Shown here piece by piece: positions 27,188-41,410 of a DNA stretch of 64,000 nucleotides; the first letter of the stretch is position 1; every line of letters starts with the position of its first letter. A model generated the notes under the pieces. The model was not told the DNA's origin. It did not search any database and saw only the letters and a list, made by a program, of their open reading frames with translations. Location: NCBI GenBank assembly GCA_964016885.1, contig OZ024753.1:18724001-18788000 (forward strand), in the 5' to 3' direction. The DNA comes from Eledone cirrhosa. Lineage: Eukaryota. The position numbers and the translations under genes are program-made.

Positions 27188-27856
27188 ATGAAAGGAATTT
27201 GCCAATTATACAGGAGCAAATCATGGAATAGCTTAGATAGGGCTAGACATAAGATAGGGAAAGCCACATCATGGTAGCACAACCAGAGACACCAGAGTGT
27301 CATGTTTGTGGACGCCACCCCTGGAGGGAAATTAGCTAACCAGTGTAGAAAGGCCCTGAGAAAGACCCACTTAAAAATAAAGGTGGTAGAAAAGCCAGGA
27401 ACCACCATAAAATCCCTGATCAGCAAAACCTACCCTTTTAAGAAAACCCACTGTACCAATAGGAAATGTATCACATGTAAGGTGAACCCCCGGATAAACT
27501 GTAAAACTAGAAACGTAGTCTATAGCATAAGATGTACAGAGGGTACTTGCAGAAACATGACAACAACATACATAGGTGAGACAGCTCGTAGCATAGGTGA
27601 AAGGATAGACCAACACTGGGGGGAACTAAAAGGACGAAAAAACGGGTCAGTACTATACGAACATGCTAGACAACAACATGACGGTAACATAGACAACATA
27701 GAAATTAGAATAATATCTAAACATAGAAATGACCCAGCAGATAGGCAAATCAGAGAGGCCAGTGAAATAGAAATTAGAAGACCAAAGCTAAACAGAAAGA
27801 ATGAGTGGAACAACAACAACACCCAAACAAACAACACTGACCTAAGAGAAGTATAA
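27188..27856 (+). pseudogene. PLE-3 linker + GIY-YIG endonuclease fragment
   Basis: LYRSKSW...W*...VMFVDATPGGKL, KVVEKPG, C-x4-C-x2-C, VVYSIRC...YIGETAR, RQIREA, LNRKNEW. In-frame TAG at 27275-27277. Confidence 0.88.
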
Positions 27857-28109
27857 ATAAATAAGTACTTAAATTAAATAAAATAAGATAAATAAATACA
27901 TACACAAGCACATAAACACACACTAGTCACCCAGCAGACACAACACTATACACACTAGTCACACAGCAAACATAACACTATACACACACGCAAACGCATG
28001 CGCAAAGAAGACAAAATAAAATAAACAAACAAGCAAATAACAAAATAAATATATAGAGAGACTGAATAAAAAATGGCGTAGACATACAACACAACAGGAG
28101 GAAAATATA

Positions 28110-28160
28110 AGACCACTGACGATGTTGTAGATGTGCAACGAAAGATTTATGTAAATTATG
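28110..28160 (+). ncRNA. Hammerhead-like core in the PLE-3 3' pLTR
   Basis: CTGACGA (28116) - gttgta gatg tgcaac - GAAA (28140). The same core occurs at ~33869 (CTGATGA) and ~42959. Confidence 0.55.
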
Positions 28161-28439
28161 TAAAGTATATATATATGTGTTTGTGTCTATATTGTATCTG
28201 TATTATATTTTTGACCGTCGGTCAGTCAATGGCAACATTGAGGACAGAGTAAGTTAGATTACGGATATAAAAGACAGCGAGAAGCGAAAACCAACCAAAC
28301 AGTGAGTGTGTTCTGTTATTAATTCTGGCAATATTACACAAATATGACCCTCCCCAAGTATAACAATATTTGTTTCGACACACGATTTCCTATACAAAAA
28401 CCTCGCTAAACTAAATATAAATATATATATATAAATATA

Positions 28440-28660
28440 AATTAATAAAAATAATGAATAAAAACAAAGAAACAGTTCCTTATATTAAAAAATTCAACAT
28501 TTTACGATCGTTTCTAGGATATATATGTGTGTGTTGGTATGTATATCATACAGATCTATGTAACATTTTTACAAACTATCAGAGGGAATATACATACCTA
28601 CACATATATATGCTGTCTTCAGAAATAATTGATTTCTGAAGACAGCATATATATGTGTAC
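28440..28660 (-). mobile_element. Solo pLTR of the Naiad-2 family with long-stem-II HHR and terminal snap-back
   Basis: Homologous to 14565-14766. Ends in the palindrome cacatatatatgctgtcttcagaaat-aattg-atttctgaagacagcatatatatgtg. Confidence 0.7.
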
Positions 28661-28939
28661 AACTTACAACATTATTGGAAAATATCATCTGTGACGCATA
28701 ATCTTAATTAATTCTTTGCTAGAAAACATATACAAGTCTAAGCTGCATGACTCCTGGTGTCGAGGTTTGAATTATATACTGTCACGTTTTTAACAACCAA
28801 TACCACGTGACTATGTATAATTGGGAGACGCATGCACACGAATGTATATATACCTGCATACACGTATACATATACACATATATATCTACATATATATCTC
28901 ACACTCTGTCTTTCAGTCTATCTACCTAGCTCGCTATGT

Positions 28940-28944
<5 letters not shown>

Positions 28945-28979
<35 letters not shown>

Positions 28980-28996
28980 TTGTGTATGTATGTATA

Positions 28997-29035
<39 letters not shown>

Positions 29036-29114
29036 TTGTGTATGTATATATATGTATGCATATATATATATATATATATATACATATATACACTTGTGTA
29101 TGTATATATATGTA

Positions 29115-29150
<36 letters not shown>

Positions 29151-29227
29151 CGTGCGTATGTATATATATATATGTATGCATATATATATATATATGTTTA
29201 GACGTGCGTATGTATATACATGTATGC

Positions 29228-29258
<31 letters not shown>

Positions 29259-29361
29259 CATATTTATATATATATATATATATGTATGCATATATATATA
29301 TATTTATATATGTATGCGTATATATATATATATGCCTATATATATATATATATATATATGC

Positions 29362-29436
<75 letters not shown>

Positions 29437-29488
29437 TATATATATATATATATGCATATATATATATGCATATATATATATATATATA

Positions 29489-29528
<40 letters not shown>

Positions 29529-29778
29529 TATATATATATATGCATATATATATATATATGCATATATATATATATGCATATATATATATGCATATATATA
29601 TATATATATATATATATGCATATATATATATATGTATGCATATATATATATATATATGTGTATGCATATATATATATATATGTGTATGCATATATATATA
29701 TATATATGTATGCATATATATATATATATATATATATATGCATATATATATATATATATATATATGCATATATATATA
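28945..29778. repeat. (TA)n / tatatgcata microsatellite
   Basis: Seen directly in the sequence. Confidence 0.9.
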
Positions 29779-30355
29779 TAACATGTATCCCAGAACAACC
29801 TGTCTCATGGTCGGGTTGTTGGCGACTAAACTGGCAACCCCACCAAGTTTTCTTGGTGAGGAGGGTGACTTTGGACATCCTGCAGGACTAAAAACAAAAC
29901 CTGTCAAAGGGAAAAGTTTCTCTTAAGAGTCAATGGCCATCCAAAATCATTGGGTGAGATGACACCTTAGCCTTTGTTAAGGCAGAATTCTAGGAGAAGG
30001 AAAACTCTGATATAACACCTGCAACCCTGATGGTATCCAATGATTGTGACTTGTTCTTCTTTTTGGTAAATATCATCTTGGTTAAGAGAGTGGGACAGGC
30101 TTTGTGCAGTGCCTTTGCTCACTATAAAATCTTCATGGCACAGGCATTGCTTTATATGGAGATCTCTCAGCACTTGTCGTCACATGGTACCAAGGGCCTA
30201 GCACTATGTGTCAATAATTGTCACAAGTGTAGTGTTTGTACCAGAGTTTTCAAGTCGCTGGCTGGACTAAAAAGTCACCCTCGTTCAGCGCATCGGTTGG
30301 GATTCTCCTACATGGATATAAAGTAGTGGCCGTACTCGAAAAGGAGTTGGCAGTC

Positions 30356-30360
<5 letters not shown>
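29779..30360 (+). mobile_element. RTE-LINE-derived bipartite non-autonomous element, copy 1
   Basis: ~590 bp. The 5' part (ggcaacc...agaaggaaaactctgatat) resembles an RTE 5' UTR; the 3' part encodes the C2H2 remnant CSVCTRVFKSLAGLKSH; tail gccat(at)n. Confidence 0.7.
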
Positions 30361-30410
<50 letters not shown>

Positions 30411-31149
30411 AATAAGTTTATGGAACGGAAATGCGGGGATAAAGAATTTATTAGGTAACAATTGTTTCTATAGTGTGTGGGTTACCTATACCTCGCTATT
30501 TGTATAATATAAAAATATTATCATAAATCGTAGGTACACTGTAAGAGAACACACCATGTCGTCAGACCTTTATGGTAGAATGATAGGAGAATATTTTATA
30601 CACTAGATATGTGAGAAAGTAGGAGGTAGGAAGGGAAGAGGAAGAGGGAAGCGAGTAAAGGAGAGGTAGTCTTAGGATTCAAGACTGTCAGAGTAGTAGA
30701 GATTGTATAGAGGAAAATGTTTTGGCAGCAGTTAGCTAAATGAGGCGTGTTAAGGTTGGCGGGGGGAGTAAATTCTTCTAGTGGTGTTCTTTGGACAAAT
30801 TTTAGTTAAAGGGGTCAATGTAGTACAGAATTATAGACAAGTTATTGGGGCTATTATAGTAGCAGGATATTTCTAAAGGGGTCTAAGAAACAGTGTTTAG
30901 TGCTATTATTATAAAAAGCCATATCGTGTGTATAAACATATAAAAATATGAAATAAAAATAAAAATGTGCAAATGGTGGTGTAAAAAGATAACATTACAT
31001 GCATTTAAAAAAAGAAAAAAGTCGTTTTTAAACGATGGTTACAGTAAAGTGAACGTTCAATTTTGCTGTTCAAAAGTTTGTTTTCCGACGTTAAAATGCA
31101 GTATATCTCCATATGGCATAATTTACAAAATCGTTGATTTTACTTATAT

Positions 31150-31800
31150 GCTGGCGCATTGAAATAATTTGCCAATCAAGGGAGAATGCTTGATTGATCT
31201 TCCGAAGCTGCCAGGCTTTATCGGCGAGGGTTGTTAAGGAGCGGATTTTCTCATGCTTGATCGAAGATCGATGTTGGTATAGGCGAGCTTTGAAAGATGT
31301 TGCGTTACATCCGACGTAATACCATTTGTTGGTTCCGGAATTTATTGTATATCGGGAGACAATATTGCATGCTAGCCACTGGTACCTGGTTTGGTGCAGT
31401 TACAACTATTTTTATGTTTTGCAGTAGTATCCTGGATAGTTTGGTGGGTTTGTAGTTGCGTGTTAGTGCGTTGTATGTTGCTATGCTGTGTCATTAGGGA
31501 TGTACTTATTTAGTATTGTTGAGTTGAGTTTTTTAATTAGTTGTTCTATGTTAGGTGCAGTGGAGTATGAGAGTCTAATGGTGCGGGAGTTTAAGATTTT
31601 ATAGTATTTATGTGAAGTTGTAAACTGTTTATTGATCAGTGTATAGAATTGTGAGATAATCTTAGTGCTAATAGAAATATTGTACACGTGGTTATACCAT
31701 GTGTACTCTCTACGTCTTACTCTATTTGTTGGTTTGCACCTATTAATGTGTTTATGTGGTGCAATCCTAGTTCGACTTAGATGTGATTTATTCATAGTAC
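31150..31800 (-). pseudogene. Naiad-3 fossil (linker + GIY-YIG)
   Basis: [29 protein letters not shown]; disrupted downstream. Confidence 0.75.
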
Positions 31801-31806
31801 CTATGT

Positions 31807-32442
<636 letters not shown>

Positions 32443-32479
32443 AATGATGAAAAATGGCGTGCTGTGTTGTTGCAAATGT

Positions 32480-33454
32480 GGTATACAAATTAAAATGAAG
32501 AATTAGAAATAGGAGCCAGGTCTATCAATCATGACCGGTCTACTAGCCATCATAGGTATTTCTTCGCATTAAAGACCAGATACTTTGTATTTATGTCTTT
32601 CCATTTCTGTTGGGTCGAACATGCGGGACACGTTCTTCATCATTCGTACCATGTCTGCGATCATAATATTAAACACTGGACATTTCTGAGTTTTTGAGTA
32701 TCAAGTATTTGGAGGCCATGGATTTAGCGTGGTGTGAGTGAAGAATTTGGGCTCTCACGTCTATAGTGTTAATCCAGCGTTCCGTGTCTAATAAAGGTAA
32801 TCTATTGTTAGGGTGTTTGGAATGGTAGTCGATAGTTACAGTTATACTCTGGTGTATGGGGTTAACTATCTGTTGGATGATTTCCATTGTGCTACATTCT
32901 AAATAATATTTGTTAGTACACTCTTGTTGGGGTGTCCTTATTACTATATTAATATCGTCTACGTAACGAGAGTACATGATGAGGTCTCTGGAGCCCTCCT
33001 CAAGGAGATCTTTGTGTCTCCTTTCCCACCATACCTTAAAATAGTTGGCAACGTCACCAGCTATGCTGAAGCCAATGGCTGCTCCCTGATTTTATGTGTA
33101 GATATTTTCGTTGAATTTGAATATGTGGCCCTTTAGGATAGTTTTAATACTAGCCCCATATTGCATGTGCGATCATTTTTCTTACCTGATCATTGTTTTG
33201 GGAGGTCCGTATGGCTTTGGTCCATCCAAACCACCTTCCAATGGGAGTCTTTTTTTCCATTGAGGTTATGGGGGTGGTGGTGGTGGGGGTATATCTCATA
33301 GGTCTACTGGGGCAGAACGGGTAAGGTCATGGCTGTCTAGATAGTCGGTGTCATAGGTAAGTATAAGTAGGAGGCCCAGCTCATCTGTGTCGACGTCGCA
33401 GAATTCCACCTCACTCTCACTGATCATCTCCACACATTTTTCCACAGAAGAATC
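32480..33454 (-). pseudogene. PLE-3-type RT fossil
   Basis: YSRYVDDINI, ITVTIDY...LPLLD, KSMASKY, DTDELGLLLILT; multiple frameshifts. Confidence 0.75.
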
Positions 33455-34155
33455 ATAGACAACATAGAAATTAAAATAATATCTAAACATAGAAATGACC
33501 CAATGACCCAGCAGATAGGCAAATCAGAGAGACAAGCGAAATAGAGCTTAGACGGCCAAAGCTAAACAGAAAAAAATGAATAGAATAACAACACCCAAAC
33601 AAACAATACTGACTTAAGAGGAATATAAATAAATAAACAAATATATATATATATATATATATACACAAACCCAATGACAACACACACATATAAACAGATA
33701 GAATAGAATAACCAAAACACAGTCACCCAAACGCAAACACACACCAAACACTATACACACACGCAAATGCATGCGCAGAGAAGAAGACAAAAATAAATAA
33801 ATAAATAAACAGATAAAATAAAAATGGCGTAGATAAACAATACAACAGGAGGAACATAATAATAACCACTGATGATGTTGCAGATGTGCAACGAAATAAC
33901 TTTGTTAGACTATATATATATGTGTTTATATCAATATTATATCTGTATTTTTGACCGTTGGTCAGTCAATGGTAAACATTGAGGGCCGAATGAATTAAGA
34001 GAGGAGATATAAAAGATAGAGAAGCGAAAACCAACCAAACACTGTGTGTTCTGTTATTATTTCTGGCAATATTATTACAACAATATGACCCTCCCCAAGT
34101 ATAACCATATTTGTTTCGACACACGATTTCATATAAAAAACCTCGCAAACCAAAT
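33455..34155 (+). mobile_element. PLE-3 3' end and pLTR, inverted relative to the adjacent RT fossil
   Basis: Homologous to 27690-28410, with HHR core CTGATGA...GAAA at ~33869-33896. Confidence 0.8.
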
Positions 34156-34519
34156 AAATATATAATTAGCTTAAAATGGAGTGAGGCTAAGGAGAAAGCA
34201 AGAACGGCGGGGTGGGGAGCTTTCCTCATATATATATAGAGATATATCTACAGAGAGAGAGAGAGAGAGGGAGAGAGAGAGAGCGAGAGCGAGAGAGAGA
34301 ATGAGTGAAAGTTAGTGAGATGAGGGAAGAGTGGAGTGGAATAATCCACTCAATGTGTTATTGGAGTCGATGTCATGGAGGTATCAAATATGTAATTCGA
34401 TTGATGAGAACACATAGTTGGAGGCATGTTGGAAAACTCTGATTTATTTATCATTGAATGGAATTTACTGACACAGCACATATCTCTAGATGATATATTG
34501 TTGAGATTAAAGATGGATA

Positions 34520-34630
34520 TGGTGAAGTCTGCTGATCTATTGATTCCTAAGCCGGGCCAGATCGATACAGAATGAACCTTGAGCTGATCAATACCGAAAC
34601 GCGTGTCACCAATCAATAAACTTAATGAAG
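34520..34630 (+). mobile_element. Degenerate pLTR remnant (family of 57114-57230)
   Basis: cagatcgatacaga...gaaccttgagctg...GAAACGCGTGTC-acc...caataaac is shared with 57148-57211. Confidence 0.55.
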
Positions 34631-34756
34631 GCTTAACAAATCGTATTTGTATTAATATATTTACACTCTGTTTAGCTTTACACCTTGATACAGGACGTGA
34701 ATCTAAAAGTCGAGTGCTGACCTGGAAGAACACAGATAACTCCACGTTACACTCCC

Positions 34757-34812
<56 letters not shown>

Positions 34813-34843
34813 AGATTTCGCTTCAAGCATAGCTTTATACAAT

Positions 34844-35200
34844 ATGTATAGAAATTTCGTATTTCCAATGAAATACGATTTTAAGAAGCCGTAGCTATAC
34901 AAACACAGGGGGGGGGGGGGGGCTAACGCCCTCTGGTGGTGTACAGCAGAAGCAATGGGGACAACCGTCTATGCATTTCAGGCTTGACTGGACTTCGTTC
35001 TCGGCTGTTTTCAAGTCCAGCAGTCGCAAACCATGGGAGGGATCGTACTGACGAAGGCCAGTCAAGCCTGAAATGCAGAGACGGTTGTCCCCCTTGCTTC
35101 TGCTGGACACCACCAGAAGGCGTTAGACCCCCTTCCGGTATTTGCATACCTACGGCTTGCTAATACCGTATTTCTTTAGAAATACGACACTTCTATACAT
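34844..35200. repeat. ~155-bp-arm imperfect hairpin, GC-richer than its surroundings
   Basis: Arms 34844-34998 / 35051-35200, with spaced single mismatches and a ~52-nt loop. Confidence 0.88.
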
Positions 35201-35201
35201 T

Positions 35202-35267
<66 letters not shown>

Positions 35268-35269
<2 letters not shown>

Positions 35270-35983
35270 CAAATGAATATATGATAGGGATAAACACTGA
35301 TACAAGTATACATGTGTTCGCATTGCAAATGGCCAAGTTAGCTAGATTGAAAAATACTAATTAAAATAATATGGTTTGCCTGTCTCGATTTAAAATAATA
35401 AATCAATAAAAACAAACCTATATTGATAATAGCTGTGATAGCTGGACACATTTTAAATTTTAAATTTGTTTCGCAACAATTAAGTGAAAGTTCCTATTTC
35501 TGTGGTCTTCTGCAGGTATCTAGAAATAAAGTGAAAGTTCCTATTTCTGTGGTCTTCTGCAGGTATCTAGAAATAAAGTGAAAGTTCCTATTTCTGTGCT
35601 CTTCTGCAGGTACCCATAAAACCGGCTGCTATTTTAAGCGACACGAGTATAGGACGTGCTAGGCGCTGTGACATAGGTGCTTTCAACAACACATTTCTCT
35701 CAGTCTTCTTATTTATTTTGAAGTGAAACTTACCAATTTCTAGATACTTCAGAAGAGCACAGAAATAGGACCTTTCACTTAATTGTTGCCAAACAAATTT
35801 AAAATATGTCCAGGTATCACGGCTATTGCCAATATAGGTTTGTTTTTATTGATTTATTATTTTAAATCGAGACAAACCGTATTGTTTTAATTAGTATTTT
35901 TCAATCTAGCTAACTTGGTCATTTGCAATGCGAACACATGTATACTTGTATCAGTGTTTATCCCTATCATATATTCATTTGTA
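35268..35983. repeat. ~260-bp inverted repeat (fold-back/MITE-like) with internal 47-bp tandem triplication
   Basis: tacaaatgaatatatgataggg... / ...ccctatcatatattcatttgta; aagtgaaagttcctatttctgtggtcttctgcaggta x3 at 35482-35612. Confidence 0.8.
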
Positions 35984-36164
35984 TTACATGGCTCAGAAAT
36001 ATTCCTTTCTTTGAGCTATTTGTAAAATACTATTTGAGTTTATAACTCTATATATAATATATATTTATATATATAATAAAGGATCGATCGACTTTCGTCA
36101 AATCGGACCGAGGAAACAATGTTTTCGTCGGTCTTTTCAGTTGCTAATACTATATATCGTTCGC

Positions 36165-36298
36165 AACTCCAGGTAGAAGGAGCAACGTGAAATAAAGTGT
36201 CTTGCTCAAGGACATAACGCATCGCCCGGTCCAGGAATCGAACTCACAATCTCAAGATTGTGAATCCAATTCTCTAACCACTCAGCCACACGCCTTCA
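36165..36298 (-). mobile_element. tRNA-derived SINE
   Basis: Reverse complement: gaaggcgtgtggctgagtggttaga...gagttcgattcc, with cttgagcaagacac body. Confidence 0.75.
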
Positions 36299-37124
36299 CT
36301 AATATATATATATTAGTTCCGATTTACCGATTTATCTTTCTCCCTGTCTATTATCGCTTGAAGGTTTATTCTGACAAACCTCAATCTTATTGAAAATATA
36401 CAGAAACAAATTTAATTTGACTGAGGTTTGAACCATCTTCCACAGATGCTGAACTTGATTTGCTCCTAGGTATTCCACCACCCTTTAGAACATTAAACAT
36501 TTTACTTTTACCGATGCAAAATGCTACACATTACAAATGTGATATTAAATGCAATAGCATGTATTGCTTATAACACAGTTCGTCATAATTTATCTCTTCT
36601 TCTCTATTTATTCTATGTATTTGCCAAATATTGTAATTATCGTCAAATTTTAGCCATAGTTACTTCCACCTTGCTCAGAAACATTCCATTATGAAATGTT
36701 ACTCTTTATATCTATTATAATTAATTTCTATAATGCATTTCCACTCATTTATTGTTCAATCAATTTAAAGTGGTTACTGTTGAATATGTAAACATCCCAA
36801 ACCTAAACCCGTAATTCTATTTCTAATATAACAACCTTAAACCTTTTCTGATGATCCACTGGGACAATACATTATGAATATTAAAATATTTATGGTAGTT
36901 TCACCATCATCAATCATATTCTTCACACCATGTCTAAATTAAATTTAATCACCGGGTTTTCAATGATTTTTCTATAAATTTGTTAGCTTTAAATTTGTTA
37001 ACTAGTTTCTTCGGTCATTGTCAGGTTTGTTTCTAATACAGTGATATGAGATTGTATCCTTTACACAATACATCCTCTACTAAATGTTAGTTTACGTCTC
37101 TTGATTAACATGCTGAAATGTTAT

Positions 37125-37735
37125 AATAATTGTTTCTACTTTTGGCACAAGGCCACCAATTACCCAGTATATTACTGGTACTTTATTTTATCGACCCCGT
37201 AAGGATGAAAGGCAAAGTTAACCTCGGCGGGATTTGAACTCAGAAGGGCAAGGGCCGTAACTCTATGCCTCGTTTCCAGATTTAGGAACAAGGGCAACAA
37301 TTTTGGCTGGGGAGAGTGTTGCTTAAATCGTCTCCAATGAATTAATGGTACTTTATTTTATCCACCCCGTAAGAATGACAGACGAAAATAACATCGACAG
37401 TGTTTGAGAACCCAGAAGATAAAAGGCTGTAACTCTATGCTTCAAAGCATGTTGTCCGAAGCTCTAGTCATTTTGCCAATCCACCGTTCACCTCGTAATA
37501 GCAAACATGGTTTCTGATTTAGGCACAATGCCAACAATTTCGGTGGAGCAGAATGTCGATTAAATTGGCCCCGGAGTATTACTGGTGTATTACTGGTATT
37601 TTCTCTATCCCATAAGTATGAAAGACAAAGCTAACCTGGGTGGGATTTGAACGCATAACGTAAATAGATGTTACTCTACAGCACAAATCCTGTTGTCCGA
37701 CGCCCTACTGAGTACCAGTCCACTGCCTTCTGAAA
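37125..37735 (-). mobile_element. Three tandem copies of an octopus-type tRNA-derived SINE
   Basis: Repeated ggcacaaggcca...gtactttattttatcgaccccgtaaggatgaaaggcaaagttaacctcggcgggatttgaactc; B box gagttcaaatcc on the minus strand. Confidence 0.75.
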
Positions 37736-38246
37736 TAATCTGCAATGATTAGAGCGCTCGTCTTTGGCAGAATCAGCCTCTCAATTGTGTATGCTTTAAA
37801 TTGAGTTTGAATTGAATCTATTATTGCATAAAACAAATCTATAATAGGAGATCATGTTCATGGAAAGGCTAGGTTGCGTTCTGTTCTTTTTTTTTAGAAT
37901 ATAGGAGCTGGCCTTTCTGTATTACGAAGTTGGCGAATAGAAATATATCTTTCAGCTAAAAAGAAATATCTTAACTCTCAGAATTAGGATCATTTCTGAA
38001 ATGTTAGATTCCCTTTCTACCCATTCCATAAGAAATTCTCCAAGCCAATTAATTTTCCTTTTATCAGTTCTACTAATGCATACTAACATCGAGCGGGGAA
38101 TGGACCAGAGTCGTTAGAATGTCAGCGAGAATGCTTTGCAGCATCCGTTTCTCTTCTCTTCTCTCTGAGTTCAAAACCTGCCGAGGCCACTTTAGTACTG
38201 GCGCACATTCCTCGCTTATATCTCTTTCTTAGTTCCACTCTCTCAC

Positions 38247-38414
38247 TCTCTATCCTTCTCTGGAAGAAATCTGTTGTATTCAGACCTGAAGAGGGGATGG
38301 ACTCCGCCAGGTTTAAAATGCCCTGGAAACGCCATATTTAAATATGGCGCTACTACAACTCTCTCGGGAGATAGGGGACCATTCATATCATCATCGGTTA
38401 CAGTAGGCTCTGTA
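38247..38414 (-). other. Possible 168-bp host coding exon (unassigned)
   Basis: Minus strand ttcAG|...|GTGAGA boundaries, length divisible by 3, open frame TEPTVTDDDMNGPLSPERVVVAPYLNMAF...; no recognisable family. Confidence 0.2.
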
Positions 38415-38754
38415 CTGAAGGCTTTATTTCTCATTAAATTTTAGATTAACATACAAAGGAAAAAAAAATATGTAAAGCTGCAGATAACATTTAGATATCA
38501 AAAACTCCTTTATTGTTATATCAGCAACATTTGCGAAGCCTTTACCAGAAACACGCTATATAGCCATATTAATATACGTAGCGTAGAGACAAGTCCTAGT
38601 GAAATAATCTGCAAGGAACCGGAACTTCTAACGGAATCTTAGGTGCACCGTATTGACTTACAGTATTTTTATGGTGCTTTTTAAACTCCGACGGAGCCCA
38701 TCTCCTCTCCATGTCTAAATACAGCAGTTTTGCTCCAGAGAAGGATAAAGAGTG

Positions 38755-39150
38755 AAATAATTGTTTCTATTTTAGGCACAAGACCAGCAATTACCCAGTA
38801 CATTACTGGTACTTTATCTTATCGACCCCGTAAGGATGAAAGACAAAGTTAACCTCGGCGGGATTTGAACTCAGACCGCAAAGGGACGTAACTATGCTGG
38901 AAAGCATGGCGTCCGACACTCTACCGATACTGCCAATCCACCGCCCTCTATAAAGAGTGAAATAATGAAAGGACGAAAGAGATATAAAGGAAAATTCGAT
39001 TATAGACTGGAACTTCTTTACATTGCTCGAATGTATGAAAGACAAAGTTGACCTCGGCGGTGTTTCAACTCAGAGAGCAAATTGCCGAAACAAATACATC
39101 AAAGTATTCTATCCGACCTTTTAACGGTTCTTCCGCATTTGCCGCCATGA
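38755..39150 (-). mobile_element. Octopus-type SINE, ~1.5 tandem copies
   Basis: Same consensus as 37125-37735. Confidence 0.75.
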
Positions 39151-39339
39151 AATAGTATATAAGAAGATGCAAACTATTATTTATATAAAGCGCAATACTC
39201 GGAATAACATAAACTAATAAATAATAAGACTCTAGATGCATTAGCTTGCATTACTGAGTTGAGCATTTCCTACGAATATTGATTGTTACTAACTAGTCTA
39301 CGTACCGCAATAAAAATACATAAATATGGCGCATTATAT

Positions 39340-39530
39340 CTTGCGTAGACTTACGACAGCATAGAATTACGGCCCTTTATATTATGAGTTCAAATCCCGC
39401 TCATGTTAGTTTTGCCTTTCATCCTTACAGGATAGAGACAATACGGGACCAGCAACATACTGGCGACGATTTAATCGACTTTCTCCTCTCATTCAAATTA
39501 CTGGCCTTGTTCTAGATTTAGAAACAATTA
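39340..39530 (+). mobile_element. Octopus-type SINE (opposite orientation)
   Basis: gagttcaaatcccgc...tttgcctttcatcctt...ggccttgttct...agaaacaatta. Confidence 0.65.
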
Positions 39531-40540
39531 TATCTTGCATTAAAGACGTGATGCATTGTGGGATACACTTGCATCACGCAATAACAATATGATGCATTGT
39601 GGGATGCAATTATTACATTTTTACAAAGACATTGGAGGGTGTGAGACCATACATTAAACAAATACTTAATTACGTAATTATTGTAATTACGTTACTTAAT
39701 CTAATCTAATCTGGAAAGTTTATACTCATAAATAAGAAGAACCAGGGCCGCCTCTAGGAGCATTGGATTTGGTGTACTCCATATACGTTTCCGTTGCTGA
39801 ATACAATCAGGGGTCGCTGCTTCCGAAGGTCAATAGTCCTTTTGTAACCTGAGCAGGAGCGCCTTTCCATTGTCAATTTGCATTGATCATCTGCAAAGCC
39901 GCATTGTTCTCAGAACCACTACACCAGTCTTTTGGTGCAGCTGGGACTACTGCTATCCATTGATTTGGAAGGATTTTGTTTAAAGCTATTATGTAAACAA
40001 TTAGAATTATTGTAAACTCTGTTTCCATGAATTAGAACCAACTTTAATACACACACACATATATATGTTATGTGTATGAATATTAAAATATGTATGTATG
40101 TATACATATTCAGTGTGTGTGTGTGTGTGTGTGTGGTTTAATAGAATCACAACACAAATACAGAAATACAAAACCACAAATTCTTAATAGTTTCGCGCTT
40201 AGGAGAAAATAGAGGAGGGTTGGGCGTTGGGACATCATTCCTTCTTTGGGAAACTCATATTTCGGAGAGAAAGAGAACAGGTTGGGAAATATGAGTTTGT
40301 AAGGATATTTTAAGAAGGTTGATGTTGGTAGGCGAGTGGTCCGACATTCTAGAGTGAGGACCGAGTTGAAGAGTCTAGGTATGTCATGAGTGTTATAGAG
40401 GGCCGATGGGATGAATTTCGTGGGTGTGCATATATGTACATATATATATACACATATTATCTACACATACATATATACATACCTATAAGTACATACATAA
40501 ACATACGCACTTACACACACTCACAAACACACACAGACCC

Positions 40541-40577
<37 letters not shown>

Positions 40578-40599
40578 ATATTATATATATAGACAGTCG

Positions 40600-40750
40600 A
40601 TTGACTTTCGTCAAATCAGACCGAGGAAAGGAGCAACGTGAAATAAAGTGTCTTGCTCAAGGATATAACAGATCACCCGGGCCTGGAATAAAACCCACAA
40701 CCTCACTATTGCGAATGCAATCCTCTAACAACTAAGCCACGTGCCTTCAA
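40600..40750 (-). mobile_element. tRNA-derived SINE
   Basis: Homologous to 36085-36298. Confidence 0.7.
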
Positions 40751-40764
40751 TTTAGCCATGTTGA

Positions 40765-40821
<57 letters not shown>

Positions 40822-41410
40822 CGTGTGCCTGTGTGTGTGCCTGTGTGAGTGTGTGTATGCGCGCGTGTGTGTGTGTGTGTGTGTGTTTCTGATAATCTAC
40901 TTTATAATATTAAAATGACTAAATTAAATTGTCTAACCTCGCAATACTTTACATGTAATGGAAACACTTGCACCATGAGTGTCTGTAATACAGCCTCAAC
41001 CCGTATCTGTTTACTTCGATATAAGCGAGAGTCACTTTTGCAACCATTCGCGTTCAATTATTTTACAGTAATACAATATATTGAGAATACCAACATTACT
41101 ATATTTTAACACTTACATGTACTTCCCTAGTTTTCAAGCTGCGGGAGATATTTACTATCGATCAAAGTTGCCTGCAAGAAAATTGAAAACTATGTAAGTT
41201 ATCTTCCACAAGAAAACTAACAGATTTTGTAAATGCATTATATTGTAATTTTTATATATATAGTAATAATTATATTTATATATAAACATGTAAATAAGAT
41301 AAGGGTAATATTGTATATTATCCGATTACCAGTAAGGTAAGTATTTCTATGTAAAATATCAAATATAATACAGAGCAGAAATACAACATTAATAACAATT
41401 AAAGCATTTC

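Larger units (their letters stand above)
26828..28411 (+). mobile_element. Non-Naiad PLE (PLE-3), 5'-truncated with inverted 5' pLTR
   Basis: 26828-27180 is the reverse complement of 28006-28358, with the GIY-YIG ORF between them and TA tracts on both sides. Confidence 0.85.

Noticed and set aside
36846-36875. CTGATGA-tcc-act-ggga hammerhead start
   Set aside because: No GAAA or stem III follows.
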